A stretch of 64,000 nt of DNA from a virus (taxonomy: Duplodnaviria > Caudoviricetes). The position numbers were made by a program, and so were the translations under genes. This document shows, piece after piece, positions 55,087 through 63,560 of this stretch (its first letter is position 1; the number at the start of each line of letters is the position of its first letter). The DNA is taken from the IMG/VR virus record IMGVR_UViG_3300033062_002302. One strand, given 5' to 3'. Under the pieces are notes generated by a model, which was not told the DNA's origin, did not search any database, and worked only from the letters and a program-made list of their open reading frames with translations.

Positions 55087-55473
55087 ATGCTTCAGACGTC
55101 TTATAAAGATGTTTTTGACCTTATCCCAAAGAATTGTTTAGAGTGTGAATCAGGACTACAGAGTCAGCTTCTTGATCGAAACCAAATATATTATAGTTGC
55201 GACAACAGATCTTGCCAGTATGATTCAACTTATTATTTCACAATAAATAAAAATATTGGATATCTTCCAGATTATTTCAATTTAGAGTTAGACGAAGAAT
55301 GTCAAAAAGATTATAATTCAAGAACTTTATTTACATATGTATTTTATAATAAAAATTTAATATTAAAAAAGTTAAACGATCAATTGTTTTATGAAAAAAT
55401 AGATTTAAATGTTAATTGGAAAAGCAAGCAAGACATTCTTGCGGCTATTAAGGAAATTTTAATATTTTCATGA
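55087..55473 (+). CDS. CxxC / IFS-tail family protein
   Basis: CLEC..CDNRSC..ends EILIFS*. Confidence 0.78.
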   Translation: MLQTSYKDVFDLIPKNCLECESGLQSQLLDRNQIYYSCDNRSCQYDSTYYFTINKNIGYLPDYFNLELDEECQKDYNSRTLFTYVFYNKNLILKKLNDQLFYEKIDLNVNWKSKQDILAAIKEILIFS

Positions 55474-55805
55474 AGTTATGCCCTAGATGTAATTCTGCTC
55501 TTGAAAAAGCTTCCAAAGGACACTCATTGGCTTGTTACAATTGTCCTAAAGTTATAGCCAAAGATGGATTCCAATATCATTGGATGTATTATATGATTGG
55601 ATCTAATTCAATACATTTAGTATTAGAAAAATTTAATTTTTATTTAATAATCAATCCTGACTCGCCTAATCTAGCTGAGATTACAGAACATCCAGGAATA
55701 GCTTGTTCTTTAAGGTATACTACCATTAGTATACCATTAGATTTGCTTTCGAAGACACAAGAGCAGATTGATGCTTACATAAATCAAGTTTTGATATTTC
55801 AATGA
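55470..55805 (+). CDS. CPRC / IFS-tail family protein
   Basis: CPRC..CYNCP..QVLIFQ*. Confidence 0.8.
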   Translation: MKLCPRCNSALEKASKGHSLACYNCPKVIAKDGFQYHWMYYMIGSNSIHLVLEKFNFYLIINPDSPNLAEITEHPGIACSLRYTTISIPLDLLSKTQEQIDAYINQVLIFQ

Positions 55806-56116
55806 ATTTAAAATCTATAACACATTGTCCAAGATGTAATATCACATTAACCATCTATAAAAATTCTGGCGGTAGAGGCTGCCAAAATTGTCCATTAATA
55901 CCATACGAAGATAACGTATCTTGGATTTATATTAATGAAGACAACTCTTATTTTGAGATCGGTCATACAGCTTATCCTGATTATTGGTTTAGCTCTAACA
56001 CTAACGATCTTGTTGTAATTAATGACGTAATATCATACAATGTAAACGAATCAATGATTTATATGTCTGATGATGAGATAGCCAATATTATTAAAACCAT
56101 ATTAGTATTTAAATAA
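55802..56116 (+). CDS. CPRC / IFS-tail family protein
   Basis: CPRC..CQNCP..TILVFK*. Confidence 0.8.
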   Translation: MNLKSITHCPRCNITLTIYKNSGGRGCQNCPLIPYEDNVSWIYINEDNSYFEIGHTAYPDYWFSSNTNDLVVINDVISYNVNESMIYMSDDEIANIIKTILVFK

Positions 56117-56117
56117 C

Positions 56118-56441
56118 ATGAATATAACTCATTGTCCAAGATGTAATTCTGAACTAAAGAACTATAGCGACCATTATCTTATATGCTTAAATTGTCCTTT
56201 AACTTCTAGTCGTTTTTGGTGTGAATGGAGCAGAAGAAATTATTGGTATAGCCTTTATACTAAAAAATATTGGATTATACACTGTTTAGACCTTAATGAT
56301 AATTATAGATATATTATTTACGATAATAATAATGCTGGAATTGGTTCCTTCCCGGAAATTCCAATATCTAGTACGCCACTTTACCTTCTTTCAGATAATG
56401 AAATTGACACTTACATTGATTCATATTTAATATTTTCATGA
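56118..56441 (+). CDS. CPRC / IFS-tail family protein
   Basis: CPRC..CLNCP..SYLIFS*. Confidence 0.8.
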   Translation: MNITHCPRCNSELKNYSDHYLICLNCPLTSSRFWCEWSRRNYWYSLYTKKYWIIHCLDLNDNYRYIIYDNNNAGIGSFPEIPISSTPLYLLSDNEIDTYIDSYLIFS

Positions 56442-56779
56442 CCATTCCTTTTATTACACATTGTCCTCGATGTCAAAACGAACTTACACGATATAATTCT
56501 TATTGGTTACAATGCAATTGTCGCATAGAAATAAACAAAGCAGGACATGCTTGTAGTTGGCTTTACGTGACAGATCCAAATACCAGCACAGAAGGGTTGC
56601 AAGAAAAATGGCTAGATATTCATATTTATTACAATAATTATTGGATATTGTGGGCAGATCAACGTCTGAGAAATTCAGAGACTTACAAAGATTATAATGT
56701 TTATGTTCCAAATAATATTTATCTTTTTTCAGATCAAGAGCTTGATACATTCATTAAATCAAACTTAATATTTTCATGA
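56438..56779 (+). CDS. CPRC / IFS-tail family protein
   Basis: CPRC..CNC..SNLIFS*. Confidence 0.8.
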   Translation: MTIPFITHCPRCQNELTRYNSYWLQCNCRIEINKAGHACSWLYVTDPNTSTEGLQEKWLDIHIYYNNYWILWADQRLRNSETYKDYNVYVPNNIYLFSDQELDTFIKSNLIFS

Positions 56780-57087
56780 ATTTATCTTTTCCAATCACGC
56801 ATTGTCCTAGATGCCAAAGTGATTTGCAGCCATATCCAGACTCTATGTTAAAAAACAGTGATTGGTTGCAGTGCATTGGCTGCGTTGATGATTTTGATAT
56901 TTATATTAATAATGAGACTAAAGATTTGCAAATTCGTTACAACAATTATTGGTTTCTTCTAGAAGAACAAGAAATTGAGAACGTTTCAACAGGAAGCTGT
57001 TACAAAACAAATTTTGATCTCAGCATTTGTTTCTATTCTAGCCGTCAATTAAATGACTTGATTAAAGCGGTATTAATTTTTTCATAA
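56776..57087 (+). CDS. CPRC / IFS-tail family protein
   Basis: CPRC..CIGC..AVLIFS*. Confidence 0.8.
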   Translation: MNLSFPITHCPRCQSDLQPYPDSMLKNSDWLQCIGCVDDFDIYINNETKDLQIRYNNYWFLLEEQEIENVSTGSCYKTNFDLSICFYSSRQLNDLIKAVLIFS

Positions 57088-57100
57088 CCATAAGGCGACC

Positions 57101-57445
57101 ATGAACTGTCATCAATGTAAAACAATATTAACCTTAAATGAAAATGCTTCGCATCTTTCTCGTGTCAAAGTCTATACTTGCTCAAATTGTCCATTGATTG
57201 AATCAGTCTTCGCAGAAGACGAATGCAACGAAATGACTAATAAAACGTGGTATTTGTCAGAAAATAGGTGGAGCTTAATTGCTAGAAATTACTTGGTAAA
57301 TAGGAAATTTCCAACTGAACGAGACTCTTATATTATGTTGCCTGACCACTCTAAAGTGTATTACGAAGCCGCTCCGTCTCTTCCTGCAAAAAAAAAAGAA
57401 GAAGAGATAGAGCAATATATTAAAGAGGTTTTCATATTTCAATGA
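57101..57445 (+). CDS. CxxC / IFS-tail family protein
   Basis: CHQC..CSNCP..EVFIFQ*; SD TAAGG. Confidence 0.8.
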   Translation: MNCHQCKTILTLNENASHLSRVKVYTCSNCPLIESVFAEDECNEMTNKTWYLSENRWSLIARNYLVNRKFPTERDSYIMLPDHSKVYYEAAPSLPAKKKEEEIEQYIKEVFIFQ

Positions 57446-57747
57446 ATTGTCCTAGATGCTCTACGGCTTTCTCAAAAAGGGAGCGACATGTATATGATGT
57501 CTGTTTAAACTGCCCTAAAATTTCACATGATTCTTTTTTAGATTATTGGATCAATTGGTATGGCAAAGATCACTACAATGTAATTTCTTCAAAAACCACA
57601 GGCATTATCGTTTATTTTAAAGATGAATCAATGTTACTGATACCTCATTCTAATATTAGAATTAATCTAACTATAGAGTCTGATTTTTATAAAAGGTCTG
57701 ATGAAGAAATCGGCAATTTCATTAAGGAGATTTTAATTTTTAATTAA
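57442..57747 (+). CDS. CPRC / IFS-tail family protein
   Basis: CPRC..CLNCP..EILIFN*. Confidence 0.8.
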   Translation: MNCPRCSTAFSKRERHVYDVCLNCPKISHDSFLDYWINWYGKDHYNVISSKTTGIIVYFKDESMLLIPHSNIRINLTIESDFYKRSDEEIGNFIKEILIFN

Positions 57748-57760
57748 AACCAGTCCGATC

Positions 57761-57791
57761 TTGACAAGGCGGAATTACGTCTTATTATAAT
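57761..57791 (+). promoter_or_regulatory. Sigma70-consensus promoter inside the array
   Basis: TTGACA(57761) with TATTAT at 16-nt or TATAAT at 19-nt spacing, in the largest gap of the array. Confidence 0.7.
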
Positions 57792-57804
57792 TGGATAGCA
57801 TTAC

Positions 57805-58134
57805 ATGACGACTATATTTCCGATCACGCATTGTCCTAGATGTCAAAATTTATTGACAAGACCTTTATTGTTAAATGACATTACTGATTGGAGCACCTGT
57901 AATTTTTGCCCAGACATCTTTGTTCCTAGATATAAGAAAAATTTTTACATCAACAATGCTACCAACGATTTTAGTATTAACACTTCAAAATTTTATATTC
58001 ATAAAAAAATAGGCTATGTTTACGATGATTTACTTAAAAAGGTTTATTACTTTAATATTCCTGATAGTTTAATACTATCAAAAACAAATGAAGAAATAGA
58101 CGAAGTTATTCTTGGATTAATTATATTTTCATGA
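57805..58134 (+). CDS. CPRC / IFS-tail family protein
   Basis: CPRC..CNFCP..GLIIFS*. Confidence 0.8.
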   Translation: MTTIFPITHCPRCQNLLTRPLLLNDITDWSTCNFCPDIFVPRYKKNFYINNATNDFSINTSKFYIHKKIGYVYDDLLKKVYYFNIPDSLILSKTNEEIDEVILGLIIFS

Positions 58135-58475
58135 AAATAACACATTGCCCTAGATGTAAGAACGCGCTCTTGTTTGATGAAATATGGACGGATTGGTTTT
58201 GCCAATCATGTCCTTTAATTGATTATAGGCGTTGGTGCGTTTGGGATGATGATGGAAAGTCATATGATATGGCTACTGATTTATTTACAATAAACCATTC
58301 CGTCGATTTATTCTCTAAAAAAGAATTAACGAAAATTTATCGTAGCTCTCTAAATGATTATGCTGAAGAAGCATTGCTTTTTACATTAACAAACTCTCAT
58401 GATATGAAAGATTTATATTTGCAATCCAATGATTATATTAATGAGCTAATTAAAAAATTAATTATATTTTCATGA
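58131..58475 (+). CDS. CPRC / IFS-tail family protein
   Basis: CPRC..CQSCP..KLIIFS*. Confidence 0.8.
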   Translation: MKITHCPRCKNALLFDEIWTDWFCQSCPLIDYRRWCVWDDDGKSYDMATDLFTINHSVDLFSKKELTKIYRSSLNDYAEEALLFTLTNSHDMKDLYLQSNDYINELIKKLIIFS

Positions 58476-58819
58476 ACAATTGTTATCCAACATATTGTCC
58501 TCGCTGTCATGTTTCATTTGTTAGCACTAAATATTTTAGTGAGATGTATTATTCGGGTTTTATTTTGACCTGTAAAACTTGTATGCCTCCGGATAAAAAA
58601 TATAATGGTTATTCTTGGATTGAATTCTATTCACATTCGTTCGTTCTTAGAACTAATATATTTTATATCAAATGTTATGACAATCGAATTGTAATTCGAT
58701 ACCGATATTGTTCGAGTGTTTTATTGACTTATAACATTGATTCTTGCCCGCTTTTTCTTTTAAATTTCTCCAATGACAAACTAAATGAATTCGTCAATCA
58801 ACTCCTTATCTTCTCTTGA
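58472..58819 (+). CDS. CPRC / IFS-tail family protein
   Basis: CPRC..CKTC..QLLIFS*. Confidence 0.8.
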   Translation: MNNCYPTYCPRCHVSFVSTKYFSEMYYSGFILTCKTCMPPDKKYNGYSWIEFYSHSFVLRTNIFYIKCYDNRIVIRYRYCSSVLLTYNIDSCPLFLLNFSNDKLNEFVNQLLIFS

Positions 58820-59129
58820 TTATCCAAATCATTGTCCGAGATGTCAAACCAATTGGAACAATTCCTCATTTGGAACTTGTTTCCTTAATTGTCCGAGAAT
58901 ATCTGGTTATTGTTGGCTTTATTTATACATCACTCATATTTCAATTAGAACCAATTATTATCATATTATAATTCTTAATGAATTTTCAACCAAATCTGAT
59001 GTCTACTCATTAAATATGAATGATGACAGATTAATTGCTCAAATTACAATTGAAGACCCAATAAAGTTTATGTATCTCTCTAATGACGAAATTAATGCCG
59101 CTATCCTGCCAATGGTTATTTTCTCATGA
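58785..59129 (+). CDS. CPRC / IFS-tail family protein (start uncertain)
   Basis: CPRC..CFLNCP..PMVIFS*; only in-frame ATG lies inside the upstream gene. Confidence 0.7.
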   Translation: MNSSINSLSSLDYPNHCPRCQTNWNNSSFGTCFLNCPRISGYCWLYLYITHISIRTNYYHIIILNEFSTKSDVYSLNMNDDRLIAQITIEDPIKFMYLSNDEINAAILPMVIFS

Positions 59130-59458
59130 TTACAGCTTGCCCTCGGTGCCAAGCTCCTTTGGCTCTGCTGCCATTTTCTCATTTTTTATATTGTCCTGCC
59201 TGCCCTAATATTCAAATAAATTTCAAAGAAAGATTTTGGTGCTATTGGAGTCCTTCAGGCGATTTTTATGAAGTGATAACAAATAAGTATGCAATCACTA
59301 AAGATAATATAGATCTCCCCGATGAATATGAAGTCTATTTTGAAACTAAATTGGGGACTAAAAAATTGAAATTAAATTTATCAAACGCTCCAATTCTTTA
59401 CCTATTGTCATCATCTCAAATAGATGACTTAATAGATTCACACATTATTTTCTCATGA
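59126..59458 (+). CDS. CPRC / IFS-tail family protein
   Basis: CPRC..CPACP..SHIIFS*. Confidence 0.8.
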   Translation: MITACPRCQAPLALLPFSHFLYCPACPNIQINFKERFWCYWSPSGDFYEVITNKYAITKDNIDLPDEYEVYFETKLGTKKLKLNLSNAPILYLLSSSQIDDLIDSHIIFS

Positions 59459-59778
59459 CAAATTGTCCACGCTGTCAAACAATATTGCATATTAACATTT
59501 ATCACGCTAGGTGCATTAAATGCCCTACGGTTCGCGGAAATTATTGGTGTGAATGGAAAGTTAATAATAAACAAGATATTATTCCTGAGCGTTATTTTCT
59601 AGAAACCAAACTTTTTGCAATATATTTTTGTTGGAATGAAGGAGAAGTTCCAACCTACAATATTTTTGATTCTAAATATCGCATATTATTAAGCGGTGTA
59701 GAGCTAGCTCCAGATCTTTATCTTCTTAAGGATGAACAAATTAATGATATAGTTAATTCTCTTATTATTTTTTCATGA
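59455..59778 (+). CDS. CPRC / IFS-tail family protein
   Basis: CPRC..CIKCP..SLIIFS*. Confidence 0.8.
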   Translation: MTNCPRCQTILHINIYHARCIKCPTVRGNYWCEWKVNNKQDIIPERYFLETKLFAIYFCWNEGEVPTYNIFDSKYRILLSGVELAPDLYLLKDEQINDIVNSLIIFS

Positions 59779-60101
59779 CAAAATGCCCTCGATGCCATCA
59801 TAATTTAAAATTTAATTCATGCTTTGCTGAATGTCAAAATTGCCCTAAAATATGCGAACGGTCTTGGTGCGTTTGGAATGTAGAATCTAATTTAATTAAA
59901 CCAGAACAATATGAACTGCGAACAAACTTATACACGATCCTCTTCTCATCTTACCGATTTCACGCCAATAATAAATATTCATATGATATTTACGATTTAA
60001 ATTTTAAGTCAATGTTTGAAAAAGAACTGCCGTCAGGTCTTTATCTTCTCTCAAATGACCAAATTAACGATATGATTAAAACTCTTATTATTTTCTCATG
60101 A
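59775..60101 (+). CDS. CPRC / IFS-tail family protein
   Basis: CPRC..CQNCP..TLIIFS*. Confidence 0.8.
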   Translation: MTKCPRCHHNLKFNSCFAECQNCPKICERSWCVWNVESNLIKPEQYELRTNLYTILFSSYRFHANNKYSYDIYDLNFKSMFEKELPSGLYLLSNDQINDMIKTLIIFS

Positions 60102-60433
60102 TAAAAAATTGCCCTAGATGCGATCAAATATTAACACTTAATCAATCCGGACATATTGAATGTAATAATTGCCCTAAAACCTTTGATGGGTATTCATGGT
60201 GCGAATGGGTGCCAGACCAAAATAATGCTACAACAGAACGTTATTATTTAGATACCGATCTTTTCTCTATCTATTATCATTCACATAATGAAATAACAAA
60301 CGTTCCAAATTATAGCATTCATGCTTCTGACTATAAACTTCTTTTATACAAAATCAATCTTCCTACAGATCTTTATCTTCTTCCAGAATCTGAAATAAAC
60401 AAATTTATAAATTCATTGATAATATTTTCATAA
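60098..60433 (+). CDS. CPRC / IFS-tail family protein
   Basis: CPRC..CNNCP..SLIIFS*. Confidence 0.8.
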   Translation: MIKNCPRCDQILTLNQSGHIECNNCPKTFDGYSWCEWVPDQNNATTERYYLDTDLFSIYYHSHNEITNVPNYSIHASDYKLLLYKINLPTDLYLLPESEINKFINSLIIFS

Positions 60434-60753
60434 TGACTAATCCTATTACTCACTGCCCCAGATGTAAAAATAAGCTCGTTCCTTCTTGGGATGATAAATA
60501 TGCTTGGCTAGAATGCAATAGTTGTCCTAGGATTGAAAAATCAATAGCTGGTAACAATGAAAGTTGGTTGTCCATTGATCATAAACAGGAAGAATTTCAA
60601 ATACTTTGTTATCAATATCCTGATTTTTATTTTCAATGTAATCCCCCTTTAATAAAAGACGCAAATATTTATTATCATTCCGATAAGCCACTCTATTTTC
60701 TTTCAGACCAAGAATTAGCTGAGTTAATAAAAACAACTCTTATATTTTCATAA
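60433..60753 (+). CDS. CPRC / IFS-tail family protein
   Basis: CPRC..CNSCP..TTLIFS*. Confidence 0.8.
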   Translation: MTNPITHCPRCKNKLVPSWDDKYAWLECNSCPRIEKSIAGNNESWLSIDHKQEEFQILCYQYPDFYFQCNPPLIKDANIYYHSDKPLYFLSDQELAELIKTTLIFS

Positions 60754-61088
60754 TGCCATTCCCTATCACTCACTGTCCTAGATGCCAATCAGCTCTTATT
60801 AACCCTTTCCCTGCGTTTCCTGGCTCGTTTATTTGTGATTACTGCCCTAAAATTTCAAATAAAAATACCAGCTACGAAACTAACAGTGGAGAAGATTCTT
60901 GGTTATGGGTTGACAATAATAATAAGAATTATGAAATTACCTGTAATGAAGGGTGGCTCGCTTACCAAGCACAAGCCTATAATACTTGGGATGATAAAGA
61001 AATAAAGGTTCAAATCCCTGAAGATTTTTATCTTTCTTCAGAAGAGGAAATCAGCTTTTTTATTAAACAACTTTTGATATTTTTATGA
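60753..61088 (+). CDS. CPRC / IFS-tail family protein
   Basis: CPRC..CDYCP..QLLIFL*. Confidence 0.8.
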   Translation: MPFPITHCPRCQSALINPFPAFPGSFICDYCPKISNKNTSYETNSGEDSWLWVDNNNKNYEITCNEGWLAYQAQAYNTWDDKEIKVQIPEDFYLSSEEEISFFIKQLLIFL

Positions 61089-61447
61089 ATAACACATTCC
61101 CAACTCATTGCCCTAGATGTCAAAATGAAATTAAAGACATTAGAGAGGCAACTAAATCATATTTCTGCTTATCTTGCGCTAAAGCAAATTCTTATATTTG
61201 GTCTGAATGGAGTTCTATTCCGAATAATAATTATTGTAAATTAATAACAAATAAATTTATTATTATAAGATTATATAATGACCTTGATTACTACTGTAAT
61301 ATTTATTACAATAATAATCGTAATGGGTTCCCTTCCTGGGAAGAAGATCATATTCAAGGCATGATCATTCATAATATTTTTGATTTATTTTTTATGACGG
61401 AAGATGAAATTAATGCCTTTGTCGCTCAATTATTAATTTTTTCCTAA
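61085..61447 (+). CDS. CPRC / IFS-tail family protein
   Basis: CPRC..CLSC..QLLIFS*. Confidence 0.8.
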   Translation: MNNTFPTHCPRCQNEIKDIREATKSYFCLSCAKANSYIWSEWSSIPNNNYCKLITNKFIIIRLYNDLDYYCNIYYNNNRNGFPSWEEDHIQGMIIHNIFDLFFMTEDEINAFVAQLLIFS

Positions 61448-61785
61448 TGACAATCCATTTTTCCGACTTCCCCAAGCAATGTCCCCGTTGCCAAACGGAT
61501 TTGACGCCTTATATGTTAAATAGCCTTTGTTGCCCCGCCTGCCCCAAAATTAAGATTCGTTTCGGCGATATCCCATGGTGTTTCTGGAGAACAAATCAAG
61601 ATTTATATTTTATAATAACAGGAACATATAAAGTATATGTAAGTTCAAATACTCTTGAAGTCAGAACACGTTCTGACAATAAATCATTGTTTTCCAATTA
61701 TCAATTTTGTCCTGATATCGCTCTTTACCTTTTGTCTGATATTGAAATCGACAATCTTATCAATCAATATTTAATATTTTCATGA
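61447..61785 (+). CDS. CPRC / IFS-tail family protein
   Basis: CPRC..CPACP..QYLIFS*. Confidence 0.8.
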   Translation: MTIHFSDFPKQCPRCQTDLTPYMLNSLCCPACPKIKIRFGDIPWCFWRTNQDLYFIITGTYKVYVSSNTLEVRTRSDNKSLFSNYQFCPDIALYLLSDIEIDNLINQYLIFS

Positions 61786-62120
61786 TTGAATATCCCGATA
61801 AATGCCCTAGATGCTCTAAACCTTGGCTTCTCCAATCTTTAAGTCTTGGAAATGTTTATAGCTATGAACGATGCTATCAATGTCCAAGTGTATATAATGA
61901 TCATTCTTGGATTTATGGTTATCAAGACCAAATATCAGTAAGAACACACAATTATCATATTATTATTTTTGAAAGTGGAAATTGTCATGTTTCTCTAATA
62001 TCGGGTCATAATAATTACAATAAAATCATATTGTCTTTTAAATATGACCCTCTTGAGTTTATTTGTTTGACTGAATCTAATATGGATTTACTCATTAATG
62101 AATTGTTAATATTTTCATGA
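61782..62120 (+). CDS. CPRC / IFS-tail family protein
   Basis: CPRC..CYQCP..ELLIFS*. Confidence 0.8.
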   Translation: MIEYPDKCPRCSKPWLLQSLSLGNVYSYERCYQCPSVYNDHSWIYGYQDQISVRTHNYHIIIFESGNCHVSLISGHNNYNKIILSFKYDPLEFICLTESNMDLLINELLIFS

Positions 62121-62145
62121 ACTTATATTTAAGTCATTATCCTAA

Positions 62146-62508
62146 ATGTTAGAAAAAATTCCAAAATATTGTCCTCGATGTCAAGCAAAATTTGTAGCCT
62201 TGTCTAACACGCTTCAATGTAATGAGTGTCCGCTTATTCATGGCGATGTATGGTGTCGCTTTAGAATAGATGGTCCTGACTATTTTTCTTGGGTTATTAA
62301 AACCGAAAAATATTTAATTTATCAATATCCACAATATCCATTTAGCATTTTCAATTCTTTAATAATTTATACCTACATTCCTAAAAATAATCATTATTCT
62401 CATTATAGTAAAGATCTTAAATTAAACGAGTTTACGCCAGCTCTTTATCTCTTGATGTCGAATGAAGATATTAATCTTTTTATAGATTCTCTCTTGATTT
62501 TTTCATGA
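62146..62508 (+). CDS. CPRC / IFS-tail family protein
   Basis: CPRC..CNECP..SLLIFS*. Confidence 0.8.
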   Translation: MLEKIPKYCPRCQAKFVALSNTLQCNECPLIHGDVWCRFRIDGPDYFSWVIKTEKYLIYQYPQYPFSIFNSLIIYTYIPKNNHYSHYSKDLKLNEFTPALYLLMSNEDINLFIDSLLIFS

Positions 62509-62849
62509 ACCCAACTTCCTATTATCCGCATCCAAGCGCTTGCCCTCGTTGCCAATCTTCTTGGGTGCCAGAATATCCCGATTTCCCATCTTCTTCTGCA
62601 TTGATTTGTCTAAATTGTCCAAAGGCAGTTGATGGCAATAATTGGCTTTATATCTATCGAGAGCGAATCTCTTTGCGAACAAATTTATGGAGAATCAAAT
62701 ATTATAAAGATAATTGGTTTCATATTACTAAAGCTACAAGTCCTTGGCAGTTAATCTTTTCTTTAAAGTTAGAAACTAATATTGATTTCATCTCTCTTTC
62801 TAATAATTAAATCAATGAAATAATTGAATCTTTTCTTATTTTCTCATAA
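62505..62849 (+). pseudogene. CPRC / IFS-tail family member with in-frame nonsense codon before the tail
   Basis: TAA at 62808-62810; frame continues INEIIESFLIFS* to 62849. Confidence 0.8.
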
Positions 62850-62855
62850 TTTCAT

Positions 62856-63176
62856 ATGCTTTCCAATTATCCGCCAAACTGCCCACGATGCAACCAGCCA
62901 TGGTTTTTGTATGAAGGCTTCGACTGCTTCTGCTGCAATCATTGTCCCAAGATTAAAAATGAGTCTTACTATGTTTATCTTTTTAACTCTGGGGCATCCA
63001 TAATGACAAATCTTTATCGTGTAGAAACATACTTTAAGAGTAATACTTCATTAATTTATAGGACTTCTAATAACGAATTAATCGCCAATAAGCTAACCTT
63101 AGATCCATTAACCATACTCAACTTATCCAATGACGAAATTAATGCTTTTGTCGAGTCTCTTTTAATCTTCTCTTAA
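62856..63176 (+). CDS. CPRC / IFS-tail family protein
   Basis: CPRC..CNHCP..SLLIFS*. Confidence 0.8.
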   Translation: MLSNYPPNCPRCNQPWFLYEGFDCFCCNHCPKIKNESYYVYLFNSGASIMTNLYRVETYFKSNTSLIYRTSNNELIANKLTLDPLTILNLSNDEINAFVESLLIFS

Positions 63177-63182
63177 TTCAAA

Positions 63183-63560
63183 ATGAATAATTGTTTTTTA
63201 TCATTTCCCGATCAATGCCCGAGATGTAATTCTCGATGGGTAAATACAGCTAAAGACGGTTATAGTTTAACCTGTTCAATCTGCCCATATGTTAATGTAA
63301 ATGGACATTTATTTCTTTGGGTCCAATTAACAAAATTGAGGATGTCCTTAAGAACCAACATCTTCACAATTACTACATCAAACCAATATATTCCTACAAC
63401 AAAACGTTATTTAGATTCAAGAGATTCGGTTGTTGTCTATCATCGAGACCATCTTTTACCACGTTCAATCATTTCTCCTGTCGATCCCCTTATTTTCCTA
63501 AATGCCTCTTCCAACGATGAATTAAATGACTTGGTCAAATCCTTCCTCATCTTCTCATAA
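63183..63560 (+). CDS. CPRC / IFS-tail family protein
   Basis: CPRC..CSICP..SFLIFS*. Confidence 0.8.
   Translation: MNNCFLSFPDQCPRCNSRWVNTAKDGYSLTCSICPYVNVNGHLFLWVQLTKLRMSLRTNIFTITTSNQYIPTTKRYLDSRDSVVVYHRDHLLPRSIISPVDPLIFLNASSNDELNDLVKSFLIFS

Noticed and set aside
36704-61785. Tail as a beta-clamp-binding QL(S/D)LF motif
   Set aside because: Gln at the required position occurs in only 8 of 37 CxxC members and in none of the MFW tails; kept only as a minor alternative
62808-62810. Stop-codon reassignment
   Set aside because: Single case; TAA, TAG and TGA all terminate conserved genes correctly elsewhere
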